Program-made: the position numbers and the translations under genes
Assembly: GCA_945861535.1 (NCBI GenBank)
Contig: CAMAUZ010000029.1
Coordinates: forward strand, 7,935-71,934
Direction of reading: 5' to 3'
Source: Akkermansia muciniphila
Lineage (GTDB): Bacteria > Verrucomicrobiota > Verrucomicrobiia > Limisphaerales > BJHT01
DNA: 64,000 nucleotides
In this document: positions 55,505-64,000 of the stretch, piece by piece
Layout of the letters: every line of letters begins with the position of its first letter
How positions within the stretch are numbered: the stretch's first letter is position 1
The notes under the pieces: generated by a model
What the model was told of the DNA's origin: nothing
Databases searched by the model: none
The model's input: the letters and a program-made list of their open reading frames with translations, nothing else

Positions 55505-57202
55505 TCACCTCCCCACTTCCACCAACTCATACCGGGGCCACAGCACCACGGAGAAATGGAACATGATGGCCGGCAAATACGGCGCGCTCGAGTGGTACAC
55601 CGCGTCGCCCGTGTTGCCGTTGAGCACCGCCGCGAGCAGCGGCAGACGCAACCCCTTCAAATCGTAGCTCCCATCCGCGCGACGACGCTCCGCCGGTGCG
55701 CCGAGGCCGGCCCACGGCAGGCGGATTTCGCCCGTGTAGCCGGTGTCGCGGTCGGTCGGGTCGTTCACCGTCGAGGGCCGGCCATCGGCGCGGGGCTTGA
55801 GCTGCACGGCGCGGGCGACGGTGAAGGCACCGTCGTCATCCACGTAGCGTTCACGATGGAAGGTCACGTCCTTGTAGGAAGGCTTGGGGATTTTCGCCAG
55901 CGCCTCGGCGGAGGGCAGCTCGATCCCGAGATTGTTCAGGTGATTGGCCGCGTTGTGATGGATTTCCCAAAACGTCCGCACGCTGCCGAAGGAGATGAAG
56001 AACTCGACGAGATCCAACTTTTTCTCCGGCAGATACTCCTCGCTCATCGGCCGGCGATTGGCCGGCGGCCCGCTCTCGCGCCCGGAGGCGATGGCCACGA
56101 GGTTCGTGTCGTTCACCTCGTAACCGATGTAGAGATACCGCTCGTCCCACGCGAGACGCGCCGTCACCGGGGGCGGCTGCGTGCGCTGACCGTGTGCGGC
56201 GTAAGGAAACGCGACCACGACCGGAACCGCCCGTTTCCAGCACTCCTCATCCAGTTTCCCATCCATCGCCGGCGCGACCGACGTGCGGTAAATCGGCGCG
56301 GGCGGGACGGTCTCGGTCCCGGTCGCCGCCGCGCGGTCGCGCGCGAACTGCGGTGACTCAAAGTACCCGGCCGGCGGCGTCCACACCGTGCGGAAGCCGA
56401 CGTGATAATACGTTTCATCCGGTTTGAAACCGAAGCGCTTGGCCGCGTAGAAACCCACCCAGCCGTGATACCACGAGCCGCCGCGCAGACTGACGACCTT
56501 TCCGTAGTCGCGCATCTTCTCAGCCTGCGGGTTGCCCGGATACGGCTCCAGCCAGTCGGCGGTCCACTCGTATTGGTTGCCGATAAGATCAAGCACGCCG
56601 TAGGGCGAACGGCCTTTGGGATAACTGCCCGCCTGCGTGTAGAGCGGCGGCTGCTTGCCCTTCGCGCCAAGGTGCCCGTGGTCGGGCGTGGGCGCGTCGT
56701 TGCCCCACGGATAAAGCCGACCGTCGGTGCCACGCGCGGCCTTCTCCCACTGCGCATCGGTGGGCAGCGCCTTGCCGGCCCAGCGGGCGTAGGTCTTCGC
56801 TTCGTCCCAGGTGATCTCGCCGGCCGGCAGCGACTGCGACTCGGGCCGGTCGAAGTGCCGCGTCGTTTCTTTGAACTTGGTTTTGTGTCCCGTGGCGGTG
56901 ACGAACTGCTTCCAACGCGCGACCGTCGCCTCGCATTCGTCGATGAAGTAGCCGGGCAGTTCCACCGTGCGGCGCGGATAACAATCCCACGCCCACAACG
57001 TCGCGGCGTCCTTCGCACCCAAGTGCTGCGCCACGACATTCGCCTCGGCCTCATCGAGGCCCATGATGAACTTGCCCGCGGGGACATACACCATCCGCGC
57101 GCCGTCGCCGGGATGAACGATGAGCGTACCCGCCGCCGGCTCGGCGGCTCGACTGGAAACGCCCGACCATGCCCAACAGGCGAACGCGACAAGGAGAAAC
57201 AC
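55505..57202 (-). CDS. Formylglycine-generating-enzyme (SUMF1/FGE-sulfatase) domain protein with C-terminal CBM9/DOMON-like domain
   Basis: 'VSLRGGSWYHGW', 'YRVNRGGS'-type FGE signature region, and the C-terminal 'WDERYLYIGYEV'. Start provisional (GTG at 57202); the ORF-track N-terminal extension crosses a mini-REP. Confidence 0.75.
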   Translation of the reverse strand: MFLLVAFACWAWSGVSSRAAEPAAGTLIVHPGDGARMVYVPAGKFIMGLDEAEANVVAQHLGAKDAATLWAWDCYPRRTVELPGYFIDECEATVARWKQFVTATGHKTKFKETTRHFDRPESQSLPAGEITWDEAKTYARWAGKALPTDAQWEKAARGTDGRLYPWGNDAPTPDHGHLGAKGKQPPLYTQAGSYPKGRSPYGVLDLIGNQYEWTADWLEPYPGNPQAEKMRDYGKVVSLRGGSWYHGWVGFYAAKRFGFKPDETYYHVGFRTVWTPPAGYFESPQFARDRAAATGTETVPPAPIYRTSVAPAMDGKLDEECWKRAVPVVVAFPYAAHGQRTQPPPVTARLAWDERYLYIGYEVNDTNLVAIASGRESGPPANRRPMSEEYLPEKKLDLVEFFISFGSVRTFWEIHHNAANHLNNLGIELPSAEALAKIPKPSYKDVTFHRERYVDDDGAFTVARAVQLKPRADGRPSTVNDPTDRDTGYTGEIRLPWAGLGAPAERRRADGSYDLKGLRLPLLAAVLNGNTGDAVYHSSAPYLPAIMFHFSVVLWPRYELVEVGR

Positions 57203-57286
57203 CCGGTGGAAAATGCCACGTCCTGTCGTGGCGGCGGCGCAACGGGCCGGCTTGAAACGTCCCCGAGAAATGTCCGCCGCAGACCC

Positions 57287-57312
57287 GTAGCCGCCGACGT
57301 GAGGAGGCGGAT
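57287..57312 (+). repeat. GTAG-hairpin mini-REP
   Basis: 'GTAGCCGCCGACGTGAGGAGGCGGAT'. Confidence 0.8.
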
Positions 57313-57543
57313 TTCCCCGGAGCTCCCGCGTTTCCATCCGCCTGCCGATGCACGGCACCGCAGGCGTCTCGCCTGCGGCACGGCGGCCGCGGCCGACTGA
57401 CTCGCCGCGCTCGACGCAGATACGATCACCGCAAGCAGCGCTTTTCCTTGGCGCTGCGGTTCTCCTCAGGGCGACGGCTGCGTCGTCACAGAAGCTTCGG
57501 AAACCGGCGCTCCCGGCGGGTGTGTCGTTGGTTGGTTGTGTGT

Positions 57544-58437
57544 TCATTCTGCCTTCACTCCACTCAAGGGATGTTGCACCGCGGCCTGCCACGCCAGTTC
57601 TTGCAGCAGTTTCACCAGCGCCGGATCGGCCTTCGGGCCGCCGAGCATCGCCGGAGCCGTCAGCCCCACCGGACTGCGGCGGTACGTCACGGCGAAATGG
57701 CAATACGCCACGAGCGCCTGCAACGGCGGTCTGGCGTGACCAATCGGGTCGGTAAAGAGGCTGTCCTGCGTCTTGAGTCCCGGCACCTCACCCGCGACGA
57801 TCTTCTCGCGCAGCGCCAGCACCGCCTGGCCGACCGGCACGACCAAGATTGCGGGCTTGCCGAGCTTCTGGTTCAGCTCCCGCACATGCGCGTCCATCGC
57901 CTCGAAATAGCCGGCGTGCCGTTTGCGCAGCTCCCCGATGGTCACCGCGCTGTGATTGGTCGCCTTGGGATCGCGGAGCATCGCTGGCGGCTCATACCAG
58001 TCATAGGGCAACCAGAATTCCTGCACCGTGATGCGGATGTTCGGATTCCCCTCCAGCGCGAGCTTCGCAAAATTCTCGATCCCCGGATCGGGCAGGAAAA
58101 TCGGCGCAAGCGTGAGCACATCCACCTTGCCCGTGCGCAACGACACCTTGGACTTGTTCTTGTCGTCCACCACATCCCAGTGCTGGATCACGCGCGAGCC
58201 GCCGATGGAGGACAGCCCGACCCGCGTGTGATTCGTGATGCCCGCCGCCTGCGCGATGTCCTGCAAAATCGGCGGCATGAACACATGAAAACTGTGGCCG
58301 ACCGAATAAATCCGCACGCCCTGCGTGATGGCGGCGGCCGATTTGGCGGGCGCGCTATCCTGCCCGAACACAGAGGCCGCAAGCACCGCGAGGCCGATGG
58401 CGGACAGGGCGAAGGCTTTTCCCAAAGGGTGAAACAT
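57544..58437 (-). CDS. Secreted hypothetical protein, possible SGNH-like hydrolase fold
   Basis: Signal peptide 'MFHPLGKAFALSAIGLAVLAASVFG'. 'IYSVGHSFH' sits at the position of SGNH block I. The assignment is weak. Confidence 0.55.
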   Translation of the reverse strand: MFHPLGKAFALSAIGLAVLAASVFGQDSAPAKSAAAITQGVRIYSVGHSFHVFMPPILQDIAQAAGITNHTRVGLSSIGGSRVIQHWDVVDDKNKSKVSLRTGKVDVLTLAPIFLPDPGIENFAKLALEGNPNIRITVQEFWLPYDWYEPPAMLRDPKATNHSAVTIGELRKRHAGYFEAMDAHVRELNQKLGKPAILVVPVGQAVLALREKIVAGEVPGLKTQDSLFTDPIGHARPPLQALVAYCHFAVTYRRSPVGLTAPAMLGGPKADPALVKLLQELAWQAAVQHPLSGVKAE

Positions 58438-58589
58438 GGCGCGCAGGCTTGTACCAAAACCGGTGGTGGGCAAACTATTTCATCCAGCGCGTCCGGGTTT
58501 GGCGAATCGACGACGATGAAGCCGAAGTTGCAGCGCGAGTTCCGTCCCGCCCTGCCGCAGGAAGCACACGCCGCAGGAATCCCGTCCCC

Positions 58590-58858
58590 GTCGTGCCGGA
58601 GGCACGCAAGAAATTAGCCGGTGGTGCAGCGCAGCGGAACCACCGGATTAATCGCCGAAAGAAGCCCTTCGCCCCGGCGGGGCGAGAGAACTGCAAAACT
58701 CGCCACCCCGCGTCGCCACCCAGGACCTCTTCGCTCCCTTCTCGGCCCGCCTTCTCGCGTCCCTCCGGGACGCAATCACGATTTGGGTGGGGTCGATATC
58801 CGGTGGTTCCGCTGCGCTCCACCACCGGCTAATTTCTCTGCTCCCGCCGGGAGCAAGG
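58590..58858. repeat. Family-2 composite element (269 bp), RAYT-less
   Basis: TTAG arm, GCCCCGGCGGGGC hairpin, 68-bp core, GCGTCCCTCCGGGACGC hairpin, inverted arm. Both halves match the ends of locus 54558..55494 in inverted orientation. Confidence 0.85.
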
Positions 58859-58924
58859 CACACGGGCCGCCACCACGAAACCGCTGCGGGCCGGCCGGCC
58901 GCGCTCCTGCCGTGCCCACCACCG

Positions 58925-59938
58925 TCACTTCTTTTTCCCCGGCAGTTCCAGCACCGGCCACGGATCGCGGGCGAACGCCTCCCATTGCTGATTCAGCGCC
59001 TCCGCCGTCGGCCGGCCCGCGTGAACATAAATGCCGTAGCGCACCCGCAGCGACTCGCCGGCCCGCAGCGTGAGCGGCGCGCCGAACGTGAACGCCGCCC
59101 CCATCCAACCATCGTCGCGCACATGATAGGTCGCCGGATGCCCGGGGTTCTTCGGGTGATCCAGCAGCGTCGCGCCTTCGAGCACGTTCGGAGCAATCAG
59201 GCCCGAATAATCAACCCAGCGCGCCGGTTGCCAGAACACGCCCTTTTCGTTCACGCCGCCCGCCGAGTTGCGAATCATGCCGCCGCCATCGTGAACGCCG
59301 ATGGTCTTCGCCATCCGCACCGCCGCGAGACCGAACGGCGTTTTGCCAAACACCACCTCGGGCGGCTTCGCCTCGAATTGCGAATCCACCACCAGCAGCC
59401 ACTCGCGATCCGGCAGCAGTTTCACCGCCGTGCGCCGCCGTTCCTGGAGCAGGACTTTGCCGCGCGGATCGGTCCACGCATTGATCGTCTGGATGAAGGC
59501 CACGTCGTCGCCGTCCTCCAGCAACTCGATCCGCTGATGCACGATGCGGCCGGCATTCGTGCCGCGGTCGGCCCAGAACGTGACCCCATTCACGTCGTTG
59601 TGCGCGAGCCACGCCGAGTTGTGATGACTGTGGCTCTCCGGATCGCGCGGATGCCCCAGGCGCGTGACCGACACACCCGCCGGACCGATCAGGGGAAAAA
59701 CAAACGGGCGGGGCAACGTCGGGCCGTAGTGATACCGCCCGATCTCAACGCCGCCGCGCTGGAACGACACCTGATGATACGGCTGCGGGATGACCTGCAA
59801 CCGCGGCACCGGCTTGGGCGCGGACAACGGCGGAGCGTCCTGCGCCGCCCCGGTGTTAAATGAAAAAGCCGCCGCCGCGAGCACCACCACCAGCAGGACG
59901 CGCGACGATGGGAGGGAAGGGTGTCGGAGGTTTTTCAT
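58925..59938 (-). CDS. DUF6807/PmoA-like family secreted protein
   Basis: Signal peptide. 'YHYGPTLPRPFVFPLIGPAG' and 'HPRDPESHSHHNS' resemble the PmoA-like family common in PVC genomes, from memory. Confidence 0.6.
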   Translation of the reverse strand: MKNLRHPSLPSSRVLLVVVLAAAAFSFNTGAAQDAPPLSAPKPVPRLQVIPQPYHQVSFQRGGVEIGRYHYGPTLPRPFVFPLIGPAGVSVTRLGHPRDPESHSHHNSAWLAHNDVNGVTFWADRGTNAGRIVHQRIELLEDGDDVAFIQTINAWTDPRGKVLLQERRRTAVKLLPDREWLLVVDSQFEAKPPEVVFGKTPFGLAAVRMAKTIGVHDGGGMIRNSAGGVNEKGVFWQPARWVDYSGLIAPNVLEGATLLDHPKNPGHPATYHVRDDGWMGAAFTFGAPLTLRAGESLRVRYGIYVHAGRPTAEALNQQWEAFARDPWPVLELPGKKK

Positions 59939-60113
59939 GGCAAAGTCGTAACGCATTCGCAGACGCACAGTCTGGCCATGAACTGCGGCGGAGCGCCGGG
60001 CATCGCTCGGCCCGGCCAGGTGCGGGCGATTCGGGCCGAGCAATGGTCGGCGCTCCGGACAATGAAGATATAACCCCATCCCGCCCGCCCCCACCTCGCC
60101 GCCCGCCGCAGAT

Positions 60114-60851
60114 TCACGGCGAATAGCCGAGGGTCGTGACCACCGACGGCGGACTCTTCACCGTCTCGACGTGCCAGTCGAAAAAGAGCCGGTTGTATTG
60201 CACCTCATGCGACGGGCGTTTGCTGAGGTTCGGATACCACGCCCAGTTCGGCGCCTGGCACAGTTGCTGGTCCACATCGGTCATCGCCCAGATGTCCGTG
60301 GGCGAGGCGTATTGGCTGAGCTGCGAATGCTTCATCGGCCGCGTCACCGTGGGGTTGCTGTAGCCAAAGGGCTTGGTCGGAACAATCGCGTCGGCCGTAC
60401 TGCCCGTGCCCCAGTTCAGGCAATAGGCGCGGGCCTGGATGTTGCTGAGGGCGACGGGACTGCTGTTGAGGGCATTGCGATAATAAGAGTTGCAGACCAG
60501 CACCCGCATGATGTTCGTCTGGCCCACGGCCAGTTCGCCGGGATGCGGATAGCCGAGGTAGGGGGCGAGAAAATATCCAAGGCGGGTGGCGTCACTCCTC
60601 GAATAGCTCTGCGGCACGCCAATGTCGATCGGCCCCGGGAAGAAGTCGTCGTTTTCATCCACCATCAATTGCATGGCGACGCCGGTCTGCTTGAGGCCGT
60701 TCTTGCACTGCACGAGGTCGGCCTTCTTCTTCGCGCTGCCCAACGCGGGCAGCAACATGCTGGCCAGGATGCCAATGATGGCGATGACCACGAGGAGTTC
60801 GATCAGAGTAAAAGCGGTGAGCGCCCGCCGACGGATGGATTCGTAATTCAT
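60114..60851 (-). CDS. Prepilin-type N-terminal cleavage/methylation domain protein (DUF1559-like)
   Basis: '[25 protein letters not shown]' and the C-terminal '[10 protein letters not shown]'. Confidence 0.85.
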   Translation of the reverse strand: MNYESIRRRALTAFTLIELLVVIAIIGILASMLLPALGSAKKKADLVQCKNGLKQTGVAMQLMVDENDDFFPGPIDIGVPQSYSRSDATRLGYFLAPYLGYPHPGELAVGQTNIMRVLVCNSYYRNALNSSPVALSNIQARAYCLNWGTGSTADAIVPTKPFGYSNPTVTRPMKHSQLSQYASPTDIWAMTDVDQQLCQAPNWAWYPNLSKRPSHEVQYNRLFFDWHVETVKSPPSVVTTLGYSP

Positions 60852-60907
60852 AAAAAAATACTGCTGGCACCACTGAAAACCTGCCCGGCTGAGAAAACCT
60901 GCTCTGA

Positions 60908-62023
60908 CTAAAGTTTCCGTTTCGCCTCGTTCAGCTCGATGGGCGAGAGCTTCGCGGTCAGGAGCTTCAACTCTGCCGCCGCTTTCTCCAGTCCCTGTTG
61001 CTCAGCCCGCACCAGCCAGCGATAGGCGTTGATGCGGTTGCGCGGCACGCCCTGCCCCTTCACATACGCCAGGCCCAGCTCGAACTGCGCTTCGGCGTAG
61101 CCCTGATCTGCCGCCTTGCGAAACCACGCCGCCGCCTCCGCCGGATCGCCCGGCACGCACTTGCCCTTGGCCGACATGAGACCGAGCTGGTACTGCGCGA
61201 TGGCCCCGCTCTGCTCGGCCGCCTTGCGAAACCACTTCAACGCCTGCTCGCAATCGCGCGGCAAACCGAGTCCGTCGAGATAACAGATCGCGAGATAAGT
61301 CTGCGCCTTGGAATTGTCCTGGTCGGCCGCCTTGTAAAACCATTTGGCCGCCTCGCCATAATTCTGCGGCACGCCCAAACCCTCCGCGAAACACACCCCC
61401 AACGCCGCCTGCCCTTTCGGGTTCCCCTGCTCCGCCGAACGCCGGTACCACGCCGCCGCCTCCGGCAAATCCTTCGGCACGCCGTGGCCGTTCTCGTACA
61501 TCGCACCCAGGTTTTTCTGCGCCTCCGAGTAGCCGCGATCCGCCGCCAGCCGGAACCATTTCGCCGCCTCGACAAAATCCTGCGGCACGCCGTCGGCCTT
61601 GGCGAAAACCACGGCCACCGTGTTCTGCGTGTCGGGATCGCCCTGCGCCGCGGCCTTGCGCATCCATTTGACCGCCTCCTCCACGCTCGGCTCGAAGCCG
61701 ATCCCGCGCGCCACCATGTAGCCGACCTTGAGCTGCGCGTCCGCGTGCCCCTGCTCGGCCGCCCGGAGATACCAGCGGGCCGCCAGGACGAAATCGCGCG
61801 GCATTCCCGTGCCCTTTTCCAACGCCAGACCCAGCTCGAATTGCGCCGCCGCTTCGCCCTTTTCCGCGCGCCCGATCAGCGCCTTGATGTCCGCCGCGTC
61901 CGCCGCCCCGCCGGTCCCCTGCCCCGCCGCCAGCGCGCCCACCACCAGCACCACGCCCGCCAACGCCCGCGCACTCCGCGTCCAGCGCAGCCAATTATTC
62001 CCAATGTAGTGATGCAAAATCAT
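60908..62023 (-). CDS. Sel1-like repeat (SLR/TPR) protein
   Basis: About eight SLR units, e.g. '[33 protein letters not shown]'. Start at 'MILHHY' with one TM/signal segment. Confidence 0.85.
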   Translation of the reverse strand: MILHHYIGNNWLRWTRSARALAGVVLVVGALAAGQGTGGAADAADIKALIGRAEKGEAAAQFELGLALEKGTGMPRDFVLAARWYLRAAEQGHADAQLKVGYMVARGIGFEPSVEEAVKWMRKAAAQGDPDTQNTVAVVFAKADGVPQDFVEAAKWFRLAADRGYSEAQKNLGAMYENGHGVPKDLPEAAAWYRRSAEQGNPKGQAALGVCFAEGLGVPQNYGEAAKWFYKAADQDNSKAQTYLAICYLDGLGLPRDCEQALKWFRKAAEQSGAIAQYQLGLMSAKGKCVPGDPAEAAAWFRKAADQGYAEAQFELGLAYVKGQGVPRNRINAYRWLVRAEQQGLEKAAAELKLLTAKLSPIELNEAKRKL

Positions 62024-62350
62024 GTCGCGACGAATCCGAACCGCGAAGCGGACAGCGGTGGCGCTACTTCTAACGGGATGCGTCTGGAACGCAATGCCCC
62101 GCTCGATCCGGCACCGGCGGGACTGATCAGGCAGGCCGGAAAACCGGAAACGGAAGCGGAGCGGAACGATGGCGTCACCTCCTCCCGCCTCGCCATGAAA
62201 AACAGGCACTGCCAGTCAAGGTATCAGTCTTTGCGAAAGTTCGTGCTGTCCGGACCGGGGTCGCTGGCTCCCTGCAAAAAAGCTCGTGCTGCAAGTGGTC
62301 TCCAGCAGCGGCCGGTCGATCAGGCGGGCTCGGTTCAGGTCGCCCACGGC

Positions 62351-62589
62351 CGAACCCCGGAGGGGTTCCCGGTGAATAGCCGGGGGTGGAGCGAGGCACG
62401 AGCAAGCCCCCCGGAAACCAGCCGCCGCGCTCCCGAACCCCGGAGGGGTTCCCCGATCACCGGACCGTCCGCAACTCCCCAGAAGGGGCTACCCCTGCGG
62501 GGTAGAGGCTGATTCTCCGCCCCTTCCCGGGGGTACGCTCGTTCCTCGCGCACCCCCGGCTATTCACCGGGAACCCCTCCGGGGTTCGG
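62351..62589. repeat. Family-3 composite palindrome (ATAG-hairpin arms)
   Basis: 'GAACCCCGGAGGGGTTCCCGGTGAATAGCCGGGGGTGGAGCGAGGCACGAGCAAGCCCCCCGG' and the inverted 'CCCGGGGGTACGCTCGTTCCTCGCGCACCCCCGGCTATTCACCGGGAACCCCTCCGGGGTTC'. Confidence 0.85.
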
Positions 62590-62651
62590 CTGCCGGAGTC
62601 CGGCACCGCTACGGATTCCGCAAGCTGCCCCCGCCCCCCGCCGCCACTTCC

Positions 62652-64000
62652 TCATTCGCCAAAGCAATAGAGATGCTTCTCGGTCCGCAGATAAATCCGC
62701 CCCTCCACCACCGCCGGCGAGGACATCACCTTCTCGCCGAGTTCATTTCGTGCCAGCACCTTGAACGTGTCGCCCGCTTCGAGCACCACCATCACGCCGT
62801 TCTGCGACGCGGCGTAAATCCGCCCGCCCGCCGCGACGGCGGACGAATAGTAATCCCCGACCGCGCCCACGCGCTCGGCGGTGTACACCGGCTTGCCGGT
62901 CTTCGCGTCGTAGCACGAGAACAGCCCGCCATTCTTCATCGTGTACACGCGGCCCTGATAAAACAGCGGCGACGAAATATACGGCAAATCGCGGCTGACC
63001 TTCCATGCGACGTGCGTGCTCGTGATCTCGCCCTGACCGCCGGGACGCAGGGCGAAGAGCGCGTTCTCCGACTGCGCAAACACCACTTCCATCGACTCGA
63101 ATTCCTCGCGGCTCACGAACCCATCCTTGTTCGCATCGAACTGGGAGAAGCGCTCGCGAAACGGTCCCGACGGAATCTCATCCTTCGAGAATTTGCCATC
63201 CTTGTTCTTGTCATTCGCCGCCGCGAAATCCTTGTAGGTCGGCAACTGCAACCGATCCCCCGCGTCACCCCCGATGTTCCAGCTCGACACGAACACGAGG
63301 CCGTCGCCCACCACCGGCGACGCATTCGCCACCCGCGCCATGCCGCGCACCGACCAGCGCTCCTTGCCATCCTTCAGATTGTACCCGCGCAGCCAGACCG
63401 AACCGCACACGACCAGTTCCTCGACGTCATCGTGCCGCCACACCAGCGGCGTCGAGAAGCCGCGGCGAAATTCCGCACGCTCGGTTTTCCACACGGTCTT
63501 CCCCGTTTTCCGATCCACGGCCAGCAGGTAGGAATCCACATCCGCATCGCACAAGAGCACCACCAACTCGCCCGCGACGACCGGCGACGAACTCGAACCG
63601 AACTCAACCACCGGCGTCGGGAGCGGACGCCGCCACTGCTCGGCACCGGCGAAATCGTACGCCAGCAAGCCGAACGAACCGAAATAGACATAGACCCGCT
63701 CGCCATCCGTCGCGACCGTCGGCGCGGCCGGGCTGGCGATGCGATGCGTCGGCTCGATCTTTTCCGCGGGCGCGGCCTGCCGCCACACGGTGCGCCCGTC
63801 CTTGCGGTCGAGACACAGCGTCTCCAGCCGGTTCTTCTCCACCACCGCGGTCAGAAAAATGCGGTCGCCCCAGATGCACGGTGACGAATGGCCCGCCGGC
63901 AATTCCACCTGCCACAGCACGTTTTTCTTCGGCCCAAACTCGACCGGCGGCGTGCCCTCCGCCGCGACGCCCAACCCGCCCGGACCGCGAAACTGCGGCC
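62652..64000 (-). CDS. PQQ-like (BamB-type) beta-propeller protein with inserted EF-hand pair; 5' end lies outside the window
   Basis: The frame stays open to the window edge ('PQFRGPGGLGVA...'). Repeated 'G.(V/I)Y....G.L.A.D..TG...W' blades. EF-hand loops 'NDKNKDGKFSKDE' and 'DANKDGFVSREE'. Confidence 0.8.
   Translation of the reverse strand, partial: PQFRGPGGLGVAAEGTPPVEFGPKKNVLWQVELPAGHSSPCIWGDRIFLTAVVEKNRLETLCLDRKDGRTVWRQAAPAEKIEPTHRIASPAAPTVATDGERVYVYFGSFGLLAYDFAGAEQWRRPLPTPVVEFGSSSSPVVAGELVVLLCDADVDSYLLAVDRKTGKTVWKTERAEFRRGFSTPLVWRHDDVEELVVCGSVWLRGYNLKDGKERWSVRGMARVANASPVVGDGLVFVSSWNIGGDAGDRLQLPTYKDFAAANDKNKDGKFSKDEIPSGPFRERFSQFDANKDGFVSREEFESMEVVFAQSENALFALRPGGQGEITSTHVAWKVSRDLPYISSPLFYQGRVYTMKNGGLFSCYDAKTGKPVYTAERVGAVGDYYSSAVAAGGRIYAASQNGVMVVLEAGDTFKVLARNELGEKVMSSPAVVEGRIYLRTEKHLYCFGE

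Noticed and set aside
7264-57312. The GGAGG in mini-REP loops as genuine ribosome-binding sites for small ORFs.
   Set aside because: No start codon followed by a conserved ORF lies at the appropriate distance in any copy. Downstream sequences are unrelated.
1-64000. Search for tRNA, rRNA, tmRNA, RNase P and SRP RNA signatures (T-loop GGTTCGAATCC-type motifs, conserved RNase P and SRP boxes).
   Set aside because: No convincing match was seen by eye on either strand. A covariance-model scan would be needed to exclude small ncRNAs.

Overview
This is a high-GC chromosomal window whose gene content points to the PVC superphylum, most likely Verrucomicrobiota. The markers are DUF1501, two DUF1549/DUF1553 (PSCyt2/PSD1) proteins, a PSCyt1-WD40 giant protein, a prepilin-type protein, FGE-sulfatase, Sel1 and PQQ-propeller proteins, and a rhombosortase with its lipoprotein target. 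Housekeeping genes are ruvC, recN, a prolyl oligopeptidase, an MBL hydrolase, and LysR and AraC regulators. Positions 22.6-40.4 kb hold a visibly more A/T-rich surface-polysaccharide (O-antigen-like) cluster: asnB-like, hisH/hisF/wbpG-like amidotransferase trio, wzx, wzy-like, wbpB/D/E-like, three GT4 glycosyltransferases, two epimerases and a methyltransferase. A small accessory islet at 9.8-11.8 kb carries a DUF4258/MqsA-like toxin-antitoxin pair and two unrecognised small genes. The most unusual signal is non-coding. Almost every long intergenic gap holds structured palindromic repeats from several families, most with an NTAG motif at the foot of a GC-rich hairpin. Two diverged IS200-like Y1/HUH transposase genes (RAYT-like, at 1438 and 54926) sit inside or next to the two best-defined families. 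One of them has a 269-bp transposase-less deletion derivative 3 kb away. I found no rRNA, tRNA or CRISPR array. Start codons are often ambiguous because repeats and high GC extend ORFs upstream. All homology calls come from motif recognition by eye, not from database searches.
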